Source: Eledone cirrhosa
Lineage: Eukaryota
DNA length: 64,000 nucleotides
Assembly (NCBI GenBank): GCA_964016885.1
Contig: OZ024746.1
Location: 81,344,001-81,408,000 of the forward strand
Reading direction: 5' to 3'
Shown here: positions 39,056-55,559 of the stretch, in pieces
Layout: each line of letters opens with the position of its first letter
How positions within the stretch are numbered: position 1 is the stretch's first letter
The notes under the pieces: model-generated
Database searches by the model: none
What the model was told of the DNA's origin: nothing
Seen by the model: only the letters and a program-made list of their open reading frames with translations
Program-made: the position numbers and the translations under genes

Positions 39056-42000
39056 ATTTCAATTCAATAATAAACTTAGTTTTGGTATTCTCAGCAGACC
39101 TTCAAAAGTCTCAATTTTTACAAATAAGTCAATTAAAAGAATAAAAATAGAAAGAATTTGCAGGATCAAGCATTACTCCAGAGATTATTTATTAAACTCC
39201 ATATAATATTACATGCAAATATCTACAGATAGTAGTTTTTTAAATAATTTCTTTTTTTCTTTTTCAGAGCCTGTAATAATAGCAATGATGGTTTCTTTCA
39301 ATTTATCACACGACTACAATCTAGGTTAACAACATAACTGAAGTAAATAAAAGGACCATTCTGAATACTAAATACATATGCAATAGGGTTTCACATATGT
39401 AATATAGTTAAGTTGAAAATTTTTGATTAGCAGTGACTCTTCCTGCCATGAGTAGACAAAAATCATGCAACTATTGTTTTTCAAACCAACAACTTGCTTA
39501 ATTTTAAATTGAAATTTCGGAAATTTTTCACTTATTTATTGTGAGACGATTATTCTGAGAGCAATGAAATTCATGTTATAAACCAATTATCAAGAAAGCT
39601 ACGTTGAAACAAATTTGGAGGGACATGCAATAAACTAGATATGCTATAACATTTCCTCTAAAATGTTTGAAATCTAAATCTAATCAACTGACTCAATTGA
39701 TCTTGATACACAACTTTCTACAACTTCAATACTAGTTAATCATCGCCGCCACTGTCACTAGGATAATTTTTGATATCTTAAGAACAACTCAAAATAATAT
39801 GCATGAAAGGAAATTCAATCCACGTAAAACATAACTAGTTTATGTGCCACTGCTGTGTTTTAAATCGCTCATCAACGAGGATTTAATAAATAATGTATAA
39901 GTTATAATAAATTATACTAAACCTTCGAAACTAGTGAAGTGGCGATATAATTTAGTTAAACTTGGCATTTATATCAGGGTGATATGGTACTTTTTAAATA
40001 CGAAGCTCTGAAGTAGGAAGAGAAAAGGAACGAAGATTTCTAATGCAAGTATCCTTTGCTCGAGTTATTAATGTATGGGGGGTGAGGATAATCTCAATTG
40101 GGATAAAAACAATAGCGAATTCCGTTCGTTGATAATGGTTCGCGCAACAATAACAATTAATTAATCAGAAAGAAGACTTTAAAAGATAAGAAATGGAAAT
40201 GCTTCAATAAAGAGGATCATACCATCCACGCCAATTCCGTATTTGAGTTAAGATCGATTCTGCGGGTAGCTAGACTCGAATATATTTCCTGGTTATCCCC
40301 CTTTGTTCAACTTCCCAAAAGGGAGCACACATCAGCAACCCAAATACTTTTTTATGGTATAAGTGCGTTGTATGTGTATTATGTTTAATCATACACGTCT
40401 TTAGAAAGTGCTTCAAGATTAATTAAAGATTATTTAGAATATAAAATTATTATTTTTTTAAACCGTCAATCGATAGTTACACGTTACAAAACATCGGTAA
40501 TTCCTCCCCCCACCAACACAACATTTAAACCTTTGAAAGAATTGATGTAATATCGCATACTATATCCGAATGAATAATATATTAGTATTTTACAGGTTTT
40601 AACTTAACTATCAGTATCTCAGTGTCGATTAAAAATATGAACAGTTGAACAATGACAAAAGTAGTCCGAATGGAAATTAAAATGACATTAGACGTACATA
40701 TATGTATACACACATCATTTCTCGTCTATATTTGGTATAAATAGATAATTTAGCATGCGAGAGCCTTAAGCAAGTTAAATAAAACGTTTTGCTCCCAGAC
40801 ACCTAGTCTGTCTGGGAGCCAAATATTTTATTAAACTTCGTAAACGAAGTTGTAAATAACGTTTAAAATATAATAGGAAAATGTTAAAATTACGGAAGCT
40901 TAAAATAAAAATTAATATTTATATAAATGATAAACTATTTACGTTCACTAACTATAGATATTTCACTAATTTTTTAATATATCACTGCAAGAAAGATAAC
41001 ATACACTAAAATAAAGCTAGAAATATACTAATGGGAATTAAAAGGCATATTGTCGTCTCGTAAGGAAAGTTGTGAAAAAAATACTTTTAAAATATAATAG
41101 AACGTTAACAATTATGGAAGCATATAGCAGTTAAATATATCAATAATGAAAATAAATGTTTAGTGACAAAAATGTTCACTGACTAAATTATGTAAGTATA
41201 AAGGAGATGATCTACATTAAAAATAATATATATATCTGTATATATATATATGAGTGTGTGTGTGAGAATTAGGCTATTTTGGTCCGTACAGACGATAATT
41301 GTACGTGTGAGATTCTTTGCGAATTGACTTTAAAATAACAGGAGTTGGGTTGCGTATGTTATATAGTTATATTCGACTATACACACACACACACACACAT
41401 TATATATATATATATATATATATACATACATACGTGTGTGTGTATGTATGTAGTTATATATAACATACAATATAACTATACAACATACGAAATCCATACA
41501 CTGCATTTATACACATACATACATTCATTCATTCATTTCACGCAGCTACTTCTAAAAAATATTGCTTTAATTTATCGACCTTGGAGAGATACACATAATT
41601 TATCGGGGTGTTTCAAAGGCAGGCAAAGCCGATCCCAGCAGTGTTATTACAGAAAAATGAGGCATCAAACTCAAGCAGATAAATAATACAGTTAAATCCA
41701 AATGCCCTGTCATTATTTATATACGATTGCTTATTGTGCCACATAGTCTTTCAAATTCAGTATTAAAATAAAAGTCTGTACAATAATGATGCTGGTGGTT
41801 TCTAAATAGCAGCGCTTTCTTAAATTCGAAATTCTCCAGGGAAAAATTGTGCAGGGGAAAAATAAATACACAAATAGAAATAAGAATAAAAGTAGATATG
41901 AGTAAAATACGTAGAATAATTTCAAGAACAAGGTCATATATTTATAGGGATGAGGAATAAACGAGGTGATGTACATGCCTTTCTAAAGGATGGAAATTTA

Positions 42001-43280
42001 TTGGCTCCAACTAGGGATCGAAATCGACACAGGAGCGTCTAATACTGTTTTGCTTTTTAAAAAACTAATTTCAAGTTAAGTTTTAAGGAAAATGTTGATT
42101 AAATTAAATTAAATTAAATTCATAATATAAAATGACGTTTAAATAAAATATAAAAAAAAATAGTTCAATTTTTATGTAGAAGTAACATTTGACTAAATGA
42201 CAGGATCCAAAATTATGTACGAAAAAAAAAAAAATGGGTGGTTACCGCAACGTATGAAAATGATATATATTTTAAGATAACATTTTGCTAGATTCTAATG
42301 TGGGGTGCGAAGCATTTAGAAGTTGTTTTGTTATTTTTCTTTCTTTTATTTATTATTTGTTAGACTTTAGGTCTTCCCCATACTGTCTGCGACTTCATCG
42401 TATTAAATGTCAATATTGTACAAGTGTTGCATAAAAAAGTGTAAAACTCAGATCAATCATCGTGTATACGATGTCTGTATGTTTCGAGTGTGTCTCGCGC
42501 ACACACGTACACACAGATGTATTTGAGTGAGGGAGTTGTTTCGGCGAATCTCTACACAACCGAAATCGAATCCGTCTTTGGAAAAGATACGGAAATCAAA
42601 ACTTCATATTACTTTTCTTTTGAATTTATTGACACTCCATGCAAACATAAATTTTTTTTTTGCCTGTAATGTTTGTGGCTATTCATAAAAAATAATAATA
42701 AATAAAACAGATTTGAATCTAGTCTAACGAAAACGTCCTAGTACCATCTTATGTATAAGTACCTATATCATGTTGTTTTTGTCCTAGATCAATCGGGATC
42801 GAACTGACCTATGATCAAAGGCATTCGGTCGGTAACTATATCTTTCTTTCTCTTTTCTTGTTTTAAAAAAAAAACAAGGGTCTACATTATCAAATTTGTC
42901 TTTCCTTTTAACGACAGAAAGATGTAATTTAAGGGAGATTTCGCAGCTATTTCTAGCAGAGCGACCGCCTGTGTAGAAGGTGTTCCATCGTTGGTACGAC
43001 CTATTTCATCTATACAATTTCCCGGACCCTGAACAGAAACATCCGAAGATACCATGGGGCAATTATTTAAGGACCACTTTCAACTATAGCATTATTACAA
43101 AGTTTCGGTGCGTGATTGGCTTGCGGTACTTAGTTACGTCCCTTTACTTTAAGCTGTCGGAATTGACTGAGTTTTTTTCATCTCTCTGAATTGATAAAAT
43201 AATTGATTGGAGTTCACTGAATCAACTATAACCATTCTAAATACATTTGCGGATTCGTGTCAATCGTAGAAGTTATCATT

Positions 43281-43900
43281 AAGGACGGTGGGTTCATAGA
43301 ATTGTTAGAACATCGGACAAGACTCGTTGCGTTATTTGGTTACGGATCTTTTACGATGTCAACTTCGCATTTCACCCTTCCGGGTCGATAAAATAAAATT
43401 GTAGCCTAGTACGGAGATCGAATTGATCTGCTGGCTTTGTGTCTAAACTAAAAACAAAAATATTATTATCATGAAGGTGGTGAGGGTGGGGGAATTGGAG
43501 GAGCGTCGGATAAAATGCTTTGCGATATTTAGCTACGACTCTATGTTCTGAGTTCAAATTCCGTTCAAGTTAACTTTACCGTTCATCCTCCCTAAGTCGA
43601 CAAAATAAAGTATCAGTCAAGCGTTGGGATCGATATAATCGACCCCACCCCCCACCCCATCAAATTGTTGGCATTGTGTCAATGTTAAAAATCAATTATT
43701 ATGAATTGTTAGTGGGCCAGACTAAATACTATGTGTTATTTATTTACTTAAAGTCCTATGTTCTGAGTCAAATCCCGCCGGGGTTGACTTTATCTTTCAT
43801 CCTACATAAAGTCGATAAAATCAATGTCTGTCAAGAACTAGGGTCGACACAAAAAATATCTGGTCCTGCGCCTTTCTCTCTATGTTAGAAACATTTATTA
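43281..43900 (+). mobile_element. Cluster of three tandem S1 SINEs
   Basis: Three successive cores ending in GTCGATAAAA/GTCGACAAAA at about 43385, 43597 and 43811. Confidence 0.75.
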
Positions 43901-44366
43901 CCATTAGCGAGAGTTAGAGAAATAAGAGTTGTATTCAAGGCATAGAGATATTTCGCAACTTTGTGGAGTTGATAGCCAGTTTGTAGCCATTTCACTGCAA
44001 TTAATTTTCTGAGGAAACGCATGTACATCACTACTTCTTACATCATCCATTCATTGAAACATTTCAAGCTGCAAGCCTATGTAAAAAGAGATTACAATAT
44101 CGATTTCTTTTAATTGAAGCACAAAACTAAGAGATAGCCAAGTGAACCGTACATGTATTCCTGGTAATTATTGCATCAACCCCGAAGAGATGAAAGACGG
44201 GATGGGTTGTGGGGAAGGTTTTTATTTGAACTGCTTTGTTTTATTAGAAGGGGACAAGGGAGGTCAAGACAATAAAACGCAAAACTAGATGTTTTACAGT
44301 ATGGACCTAGCTGGAGTTCGGTTCGAGTTCATATTGTCAAGTCGATTCAATACAACCCACCAACAA

Positions 44367-44375
44367 ATATATATA

Positions 44376-44448
<73 letters not shown>

Positions 44449-44641
44449 ATATATAATATATATATATATTATATATATAATATATATATATTATATATAT
44501 ATATATATATTATATATATAATATATATATATTATATATATAATATATATTATATATATCATCATCATCGTATTATATATATATATATATTATATATATA
44601 TATATTATATTATATATATATATATATTATATATATAATAT

Positions 44642-44700
<59 letters not shown>

Positions 44701-44713
44701 ATATATATAATAT

Positions 44714-44792
<79 letters not shown>

Positions 44793-45237
44793 TATATAAT
44801 ATATATATATATAATATATATATATTATATTATATATATATATATTATATTATATATATATATAATATTATATATATATATATTATATATATATATATAT
44901 TATATATATATTATATTATATATATATATATATATATAATATATATATATATAATATATATATATATAATATATATATATATAATATATATATATATATT
45001 ATATATAATATATATATATAATATATATATATATATATTATATATAATATATATATATATAATATATATATATATAATATATATATAATATATATATATA
45101 TAATATATATATATATATTATATATAATATATATATATAATATATATATATATATTATATATAATATATATATATATAATATATATATATATAATATATA
45201 TGTATATAATATATATATATAATATATATATAATATT

Positions 45238-45281
<44 letters not shown>

Positions 45282-45286
45282 CATAT

Positions 45287-45332
<46 letters not shown>

Positions 45333-45732
45333 GTATATATAATATATATATATATTATATATATATATAATATATATATATATTATATATATATATATGT
45401 ATATATAATATATATATATGTATATAATATATATATATATTATATATATATATTATATATATATATAATATATATATATATTATATATATATATATATAT
45501 ATGTATATAATATATATATATATTATATATATATATTATATATATATATAATATATATATATATTATATATATATATATGTATATATAATATATATATAT
45601 GTATATAATATATATATATATATATAATATATATATATATATATAATATATATATATATAATATATATATATATAATATATATATATATATATAATATAT
45701 ATATATATATAATATATATATATATATAATAT

Positions 45733-45775
<43 letters not shown>

Positions 45776-46034
45776 TATATATAATATAATATATATATAA
45801 TATAATATATATATATATAATATATATATAATATAATATATATATATATAATATATATATATAATATATATATAATATATATATATATAATATAATATAT
45901 ATATAATATAATATATATATATAATATATATATATATAATATAATATATATATATATAATATAATATATATATATATAATATAATATATATATAATATAT
46001 ATATAATATATATATAATATATATATAATATATA

Positions 46035-46085
<51 letters not shown>

Positions 46086-46170
46086 TATATAATATATATA
46101 TATATAATATATATATATAATATATATATAATATATATATATATATATTATATATATATATATATATATA

Positions 46171-46212
<42 letters not shown>

Positions 46213-46637
46213 ATTATATATATATATATAATATATCTAAATATATATATATATATATATATTTTATATATATGTATAATATATATATTATATATATATA
46301 TTTTATATATTATATATATATATAATATATATATATATATAATATATATATATATATATAATATATGTAATGGTTGCATTCTTTAAGGGTATGTCAATAT
46401 TTATTTATAAAACTGCTCTATATTATATTTTATCTGATGAAAGCACACCATAATTTATCTTGGTGTCCTTGATATGTATAATGAAATAAATATAGTTTCC
46501 ATTTATTAATATTGTATATATAATATATATATATATAATATATATATATAATATATATATATAATATATATAATATATAATATATATATAATATATATAT
46601 AATATATATATATAATATATATATATATATAATATAT

Positions 46638-46731
<94 letters not shown>

Positions 46732-46769
46732 ATATATATATATTTAATATATATATATTTTATATATAC

Positions 46770-46835
<66 letters not shown>

Positions 46836-46866
46836 AATATATATATAAATATAAATATATATATAA
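44367..46866. repeat. About 2.5-kb degenerate (TA)n/(TATAA)n tract, interrupted by an H1 element
   Basis: Almost purely A/T. Confidence 0.95.
46428..46486 (+). ncRNA. Hammerhead motif family H1, core broken (GAAA->GA)
   Basis: Homologous to the 10340 and 58965 copies but reads CCTT-GA-TATGTATA. Element spans about 46370-46520. Confidence 0.55.
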
Positions 46867-46911
46867 ATTTCTGTTCTGAGTTATGTTATATATAAATAAT
46901 TAACTAATCTG

Positions 46912-46971
<60 letters not shown>

Positions 46972-48137
46972 CAGATTAGCTAATAATTAACTAATCTGTT
47001 ATATATATATATATAACAGATTAGCTAATAATTAACTAATCTGTTATATATATATATATATATAACAGATTAGTTAATTATTTATATATAACACAACTCA
47101 GAACAGAAATTGCAAGCATGAGAAATCAAAGAGAAGTTGTTTATTTTTACTTCTTTTTCTGTATGTGTGCATCATGTCCGAATATTTTGTTTGATAATCA
47201 ATACAGGAAATCATACGGCAAGAGAAAACTATATTAGGGCTTTAATAAGAAAGTGATGATTCAATAGGAAATTCCAGCCCCTCTCCCAATTACCAACAAA
47301 TTAAACTAGATCTCCTTTGTAACGATAATAATGAGAGGGAGAGAAAGAGAGAGAGGGAATGTAGGAGAGAATCGCTTCCGAAACAATCCCTACAAGCTGA
47401 CATCGAAACATTAATTAGAGAAGTTCGATTGAAAACAGTCCTTCCAGTTATCAAACCAATTCTACCGTTCATTCATTCATTCATTCATTCATTCATTCAT
47501 TCATTCATTCATTCCTTTTATAAGCGTGAACACAAAAAACAAACTTCAAACCCTAAAATCTATTTTGTAGAATTAAACTATGGCATAACACTTGTAGTTT
47601 GATAGATTATAATTATTATTATTACTTAATGTTCATCCTCACTGTAAAGTGCGGGGAAAGACTTCCAAGTCAGTAATTAGATGTAGCAAAGAAGCGAAAT
47701 GAAATGGTATCTCCCGACACACAGAAGTAATTGAGGTCAACAGTGCTGGTGTGTGTATAGCTAGGCAAAGGATGGCTCAGCACCGATGACTGATTCGTCG
47801 TCAACAGAAGTGAAGCAAAGGAAGACTGTCAGATGCCTTCGTTGCAAAACAGTGGGGGAATTCTGAGAGTATTTCCTTAATTATAGGCGAATTCAAACTG
47901 GGCCATATGCCAAGTTAATGACATGGGATCATTTAAAAGTTCATTCAAAAATTTAAAGTCTGAATTCAATTTGAAAAGAATTAGAATTAAATAAGGAGTG
48001 GGTAGCAAAAATAATGAAAAATTATAAACTGGTTTTGACAGGGCGATAAAAAAAAAGAATCCCATTCCAGTCAGATATGGTACTAAGTAGCCATGATTCT
48101 CTGATTTGAAGCCAATTAAAAGAACAAACAATAATTG

Positions 48138-48205
<68 letters not shown>

Positions 48206-49664
48206 TTTCTCTCTTAATCCAAATATCGGGTAACGCTGAATTTGAGAAGCACTGTAATCATATTCTAGGAGAAATTCAAACGGGTGGAGGGTTTTTGCCT
48301 TAAACTATAGTTTTGCAGTTTTTTAATGAAAAAACTTTAATTAACCAGATAAATGTGAGATTGCTAGTATAGTATGCTCCGCTTCCAACCAAAAGAATAT
48401 TTTTAAAAAGGGGAGGAGAGAGAAGTAGAACACTTTGGGAAAGTGGAATAAATAGCTCAGACTTCCAAGAGAAGCAGATTTTCCCGCAATAATCGATGAC
48501 AAATGTAATAATGAAATGCAAAAGCGGAAAGTGGTGAAGTATGGCAAGAGAAGCTAATAATATAATGAACAGAAAATTGTGATCTCATACTGTATATTGT
48601 TGTTGATGTGTGGAATACACTCTCGCACACACATCAATGTGAATTTGTTTGTCTGCATGTTGCAAGGAATTGGATAATAATAATGCTTTCATATTTATTT
48701 TTAAAATCATTAGTTTTGATAGTAATAATTTCTATTAAAATGTTCATGTAAGCGTAAAGCACGAGTTTATATAAGAAAGCAAAAGGGTACTCTCTCTCTA
48801 TATATATAACAGCCATATTATTACTATTAGATGAGAAAGACACCAGCTAACACAGCAGGTCTTTATTAAGATATTAAGTGGGGGTGGGGAACTATCACAT
48901 AAGTCTTGAACATAATTTTACCGACTGGAACCTACAATGTAGTTTGATTTAACTGTATATAAAGATCGATAAAAGAATGTTGTAGGAGTAGAACGAAAGA
49001 GAGGCGGGATTCTATCAAACCCTTGAGAGTTGACTGGGAATAGGCCTGGGAAGGCGAAGAAAACTTCCTTTTGCATGTATTATTAGATTCTCATTAAAAA
49101 AATTAAAAAATCTTTTAAAAGTGTCATAATATAATATAATATATTTTGAGTCTAGCCATTCATTTCTTGGCGCTGGCCAGCAACTGAAAGAGGAGTCAAA
49201 ATTAAGAGGGGTAGTAGGACACACACATACATGCACTGAGTTTAATAATTGAAGACAAATGCCAGCGGACTAAGTTGGCTGTATCGATATGTTGATTTGA
49301 AGACGGGCATTTTGTGTTTACAATGCTTTTACTTCAAATTGATTTCAAATTAATATCTATGTTTTAAGGGTTTTTTCTTATTAAAAAAAAGAGGTTATTT
49401 TCATTTATAAATATTAAACAAAAAATAAGCATTCTAATTAGTTGACGTTTTCTTTGAATATAATTCCAATCATATAAAACCGATTAATATATTTTCAAGT
49501 GATAGAAAAATAGTACTAAGTAGCTAGAAAAAAAATAGTAAAAGAGTTTTAAAAGGACTCTATTTTACTAGTCGATTAAACAAACAAAAAGTCCTACGGA
49601 AAATACAATTCCATTAAACTTCGAATATAATCTAAAGCAAATTATTCAATATAGGGTTCTTGGT

Positions 49665-49711
<47 letters not shown>

Positions 49712-50060
49712 CATTGAGAGTTAATGTTTTCTTCTTTACCCTTTCTGCTCTATTCTTTTTCAGGCGAATAGGAATGGTTTAAAGGGATGCCACGAAGAAT
49801 GGCAGTCTAAGAGTGAAGAATAACAGAACGAAATGGCGAAAATTAAAGAGAGGAAGGAGAAAGTGTTAAAGCTGAAAATAAAAGCATCACAAAAACTGAA
49901 GCAAGTGGGAAAAAAGAAAATATTAAAAAATTTAATATAATAATAATAATAAATAATAATAATAATAATAGTAATAAACATTTCCTTGTAGCAGCTGCGT
50001 GTTTGAGAAATGATGAATATGTGTTTTTTTTTAAATATATAAATTATTCACTTACATACG

Positions 50061-50114
<54 letters not shown>

Positions 50115-50654
50115 GTATATATATATTAGAAAGAGAGAGAGAAAGAGAGAGGCGTGTGGGTGTGTATGTGAAGAGTAGTATCGAAAAGGAAAAATAAAAT
50201 CAGCTATGAATCTGTAGTGTTGATGAATAAAAAAAAGGGGGGGGGGCTGTTTTACTATTTTAGAAAGTGGCTCAATAAAACATATTTCATTTAAAATAAA
50301 ATGAAAATAAAAGAGAGGATACATAAGAAGTTCGAGGGAAATTGTATTGTAAGCTTAGTAAAGTAAGTATAAACAATTATAGGTAGCGGTAGTGGATCGG
50401 AGGAGTGGGTGGAGAAAGTAAACAATAATGGCAGTTGCGATCGAGACATGAGTGGGTGTATATATGTGTGTGTGCGTAAGTGTGTGTGTGTGTGTATATA
50501 TAAATAGTGTGTGTGAGAGAGAGAGAGTAAGAGCTAACCAGGCTGTGAATGCGTGTTTGGATTCAATCTTTATACTACTTATCTCTGTGTGTGTGTGTGT
50601 CTCTCTCTCTCTCTATATATATATATAAATATATATATAAACACACACACACAC

Positions 50655-50734
<80 letters not shown>

Positions 50735-51626
50735 GTGCGTGTGTGTTTATAGTTTTGGTGGTTTTTCACCAATTTGACAATGAAATAATAGTAGTAGATA
50801 AATAAATACTATTTGATTATTTGATTAAAAAATAGAAGAATAATTTTCGTATAACTCTCATAAATTATCAGATTATTGGAAAAACCTTTAATTAATCAAC
50901 GAAAGAGCGTGAAATTTAGAGACAGATGAGGAAAGACCAGTAGAAAATAATTACTGGAGCGTGACGCAAAAAGAAAATTGCACGTGTTATAAACAAACTA
51001 AAAGAGGGTTGATAAAAGTCGAGAAAAGTGTCAAAAAAAGAAGGAATATAGGGCAGTAGTAGTAGTGGTAGCAATAGTAGTAATTCCTGTGATAGCTTTT
51101 GTACGGTTATGGCTAAGGGAGAGATGCCGAAACAGGACAGGGCAGCAAACATTACGTGAGTGTAAAAGAGACGGCGACAAGCCTATAAGGAAGGAGCTGC
51201 AGATGTTCCAACATGGCGTCAGAAGAGAGAAGCGATTCGAAAGTCTGGCCAATTTCTTCAGACTTATTTTACGGAAATGGGATTCACAGACAAATCGGAT
51301 CGGAAATAAGGATGCTAGATAGACTACGTGAATAAACATGATTATGATTAAAATAAATAAAAGAAATCTAGCTTAAGGAAGAATTAAAATGATAAATCGG
51401 CATCCTGGGAATAATATCAGGATCGCTTTTAAAAAAAAAAGTTTTTTATTTCTTTTTATTTTCCAAATATTCCGCTGTGCGTGTATGCGCAATGTATGTA
51501 TTATATAGTACATATAACGTGGTGTGAGTGTGCGTGTGTGTATGTGTTGACATCTCGCCACCCGTCGTATCTTCTGCAACTGGGTGAGGAATAAAAAAAA
51601 TGAACAACAAAAACAAAAACTAGATA

Positions 51627-52540
<914 letters not shown>

Positions 52541-52767
52541 CAGGGGGAAAGCTTTTTTTCTTTTTTATGTGTGTATGTATGTGTGTGTGTGTATTGATGG
52601 TGATGGTCGGTAGTGACTTTAGAGAGTGAGAGAACTAACCACAGTCGGTGGGGCGGAGCACCACCAGTGTCATTCTCATACGTTAACGTTTTATTATATA
52701 TATATGAATGTGTGTGTGTGTGTGTGTAGTGTGACACATATACATAAATATAGCGCATGTATATATG

Positions 52768-52812
<45 letters not shown>

Positions 52813-52894
52813 ATAAATATATATATAAATAAACGTGTGTGTATGTGTAATGTATATAGATAAATAAATATCTATACACGAATGCGGTTGTATA

Positions 52895-53005
<111 letters not shown>

Positions 53006-53017
53006 AAATGTATAATA

Positions 53018-53064
<47 letters not shown>

Positions 53065-53097
53065 AAATGTATAATATAATATAATATAAATATAAAT

Positions 53098-53130
<33 letters not shown>

Positions 53131-53293
53131 AAGAGAGAGAGAGGTGGTGAGGGAGAGGGGAGAGGTGGTGACGTTAGGGGAAGTGGTAAGTAGAGGGGAA
53201 TTAGTGACAGTAGTTAAGATTAGTCGTCGTCGGAGAGGTTTATTAACTCGGTTTTAGGTGTAAACAAATCTATATATCTCCTGCGGCGACGAT

Positions 53294-53349
<56 letters not shown>

Positions 53350-53484
53350 GGCGTGCATATACACAAATCATTTCTTTTTATCCTTTACTACACACCCACA
53401 GATATACATTCTAACACACACACACACACATACATAGATTATTATAAACACTGACGCATAATTACACATATACATGATGTATAT

Positions 53485-53530
<46 letters not shown>

Positions 53531-53566
53531 TTCTAGATCTGGTTACTGTATACATACATACATATG

Positions 53567-53601
<35 letters not shown>

Positions 53602-53688
53602 CACATATATATATATACATATATGCTTCTAGATTTGGTTACTGGATACATACATACATATGCATACACACACACACACACACACACG

Positions 53689-53723
<35 letters not shown>

Positions 53724-53746
53724 GGTTCTAGATCTGGTTACTGTAT

Positions 53747-53835
<89 letters not shown>

Positions 53836-53844
53836 ACTTAAGAC

Positions 53845-53886
<42 letters not shown>

Positions 53887-53895
53887 GTCTTAAGT

Positions 53896-53976
<81 letters not shown>

Positions 53977-54191
53977 ATGTCTTAAGTCACGCCTCTTTTC
54001 GAAGTTAAAGTAAGTAAGCTGAAATACTAAAAATAAAATATAAACATCGACTACAAAACAAAGTTACTTTCATGGAATAAATATTCAATTCAATTGGTCA
54101 AACAGAAAGAGGTTTGAAATGTAATAATTAAGTGAAACAAAATAAAAACATTTGATTCGATAAGACTGCAAAAACATATAAATAAACATAC

Positions 54192-54332
<141 letters not shown>

Positions 54333-54396
54333 TGTATATATATATATATATATACACATATCTATGTATATATATTTATGTATATATATATGTATG

Positions 54397-54428
<32 letters not shown>

Positions 54429-54480
54429 CATATATATGTATATATATATGTATATATATATATACATATATGTAAAATTT

Positions 54481-54618
54481 TAGTACAGAATTAGCCGTCG
54501 AAACGGCTTGAGCTCAGCCGTCGGGGTCCTACTCGTTCCTATTACCCACTCTACTACCCTAAGTATTGAGTACTTTCGTGCGTTATGGTCCACCTGGTTC
54601 CTTATCACATTTCCTTCG

Positions 54619-54620
<2 letters not shown>
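54481..54620 (+). mobile_element. Second copy of the H2-related short element, 5'-truncated within stem II
   Basis: Near-identical to 21251-21390 and followed by (TA)n. Confidence 0.65.
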
Positions 54621-54670
<50 letters not shown>

Positions 54671-55117
54671 ATACATATATATATAATAGATAAATAAACA
54701 AATATTTATTTATTTATTTATTTAGAAATCCCTAATGTTTAAAGGTTCCACGTGAAATAAATCAGTCATATGTGTTGTGCGTATATGTGTGTGTTATTCT
54801 AAGTGTGTGTACATATGTATGGATGTATGTGTGTGACTGAATGTGACGTGACTTCTGAGCACTTATACCTCTCCACATGTGTGTGTGTGTGTGTGTGTAT
54901 GTGTGTTTGTGTGCGTATGTGAGGTTGTATATACGGTGCTGCGGACTCTGATTTGTTATTTCTGTGTATGTGCATGTGTGTACTTGTTAAAATTTAAATA
55001 TAAATTGATATGATACGCTCGCCCGCGCGCACACACACATACACATATACACACATATGCATACATACACACACGCACACACATGCATACACACAGATAC
55101 ACACACATACTCACACA

Positions 55118-55171
<54 letters not shown>

Positions 55172-55175
<4 letters not shown>

Positions 55176-55249
55176 GGGACTCCCCCCAAAAATGTATACA
55201 CATATTTATTATAATTCTGTTGAAGTGTGTATATATTTTTGGGGGACAT

Positions 55250-55255
<6 letters not shown>
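55172..55255. mobile_element. About 80-bp Tc1/mariner-type mini-MITE in a TA tract
   Basis: TATAGGGACTCCCCCCAAAAATGTATACACA ... TGTGTATATATTTTTGGGGGACATCCTATA. About 30-bp imperfect TIRs with TA flanks. Confidence 0.6.
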
Positions 55256-55294
<39 letters not shown>

Positions 55295-55415
55295 GCATAC
55301 ATATGTGTGTGTGTGTTTATTTATATCTAAATGTGTGTGTGTGTATTTATATCTATATCTATATATATGTGTTTTCATATATGTATATACATGCATACAC
55401 ACACAAACACATGTC

Positions 55416-55492
<77 letters not shown>

Positions 55493-55559
55493 GTGTCGCG
55501 CTATGAATGTAAATAAGATAAATCAGGGAAAGACTTTCAGTTTTTTTTTGGTGAATAAT

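Noticed and set aside
47469-47516. (CATT)n ending in CATTCC as a TEAD/MCAT autoregulatory site
   Set aside because: A single 6-mer at the end of a common microsatellite, as expected by chance.
51031-51339. 85-102 aa ORFs just inside the YAP intron
   Set aside because: No recognisable domain, and no convincing splice signals linking them to YAP.
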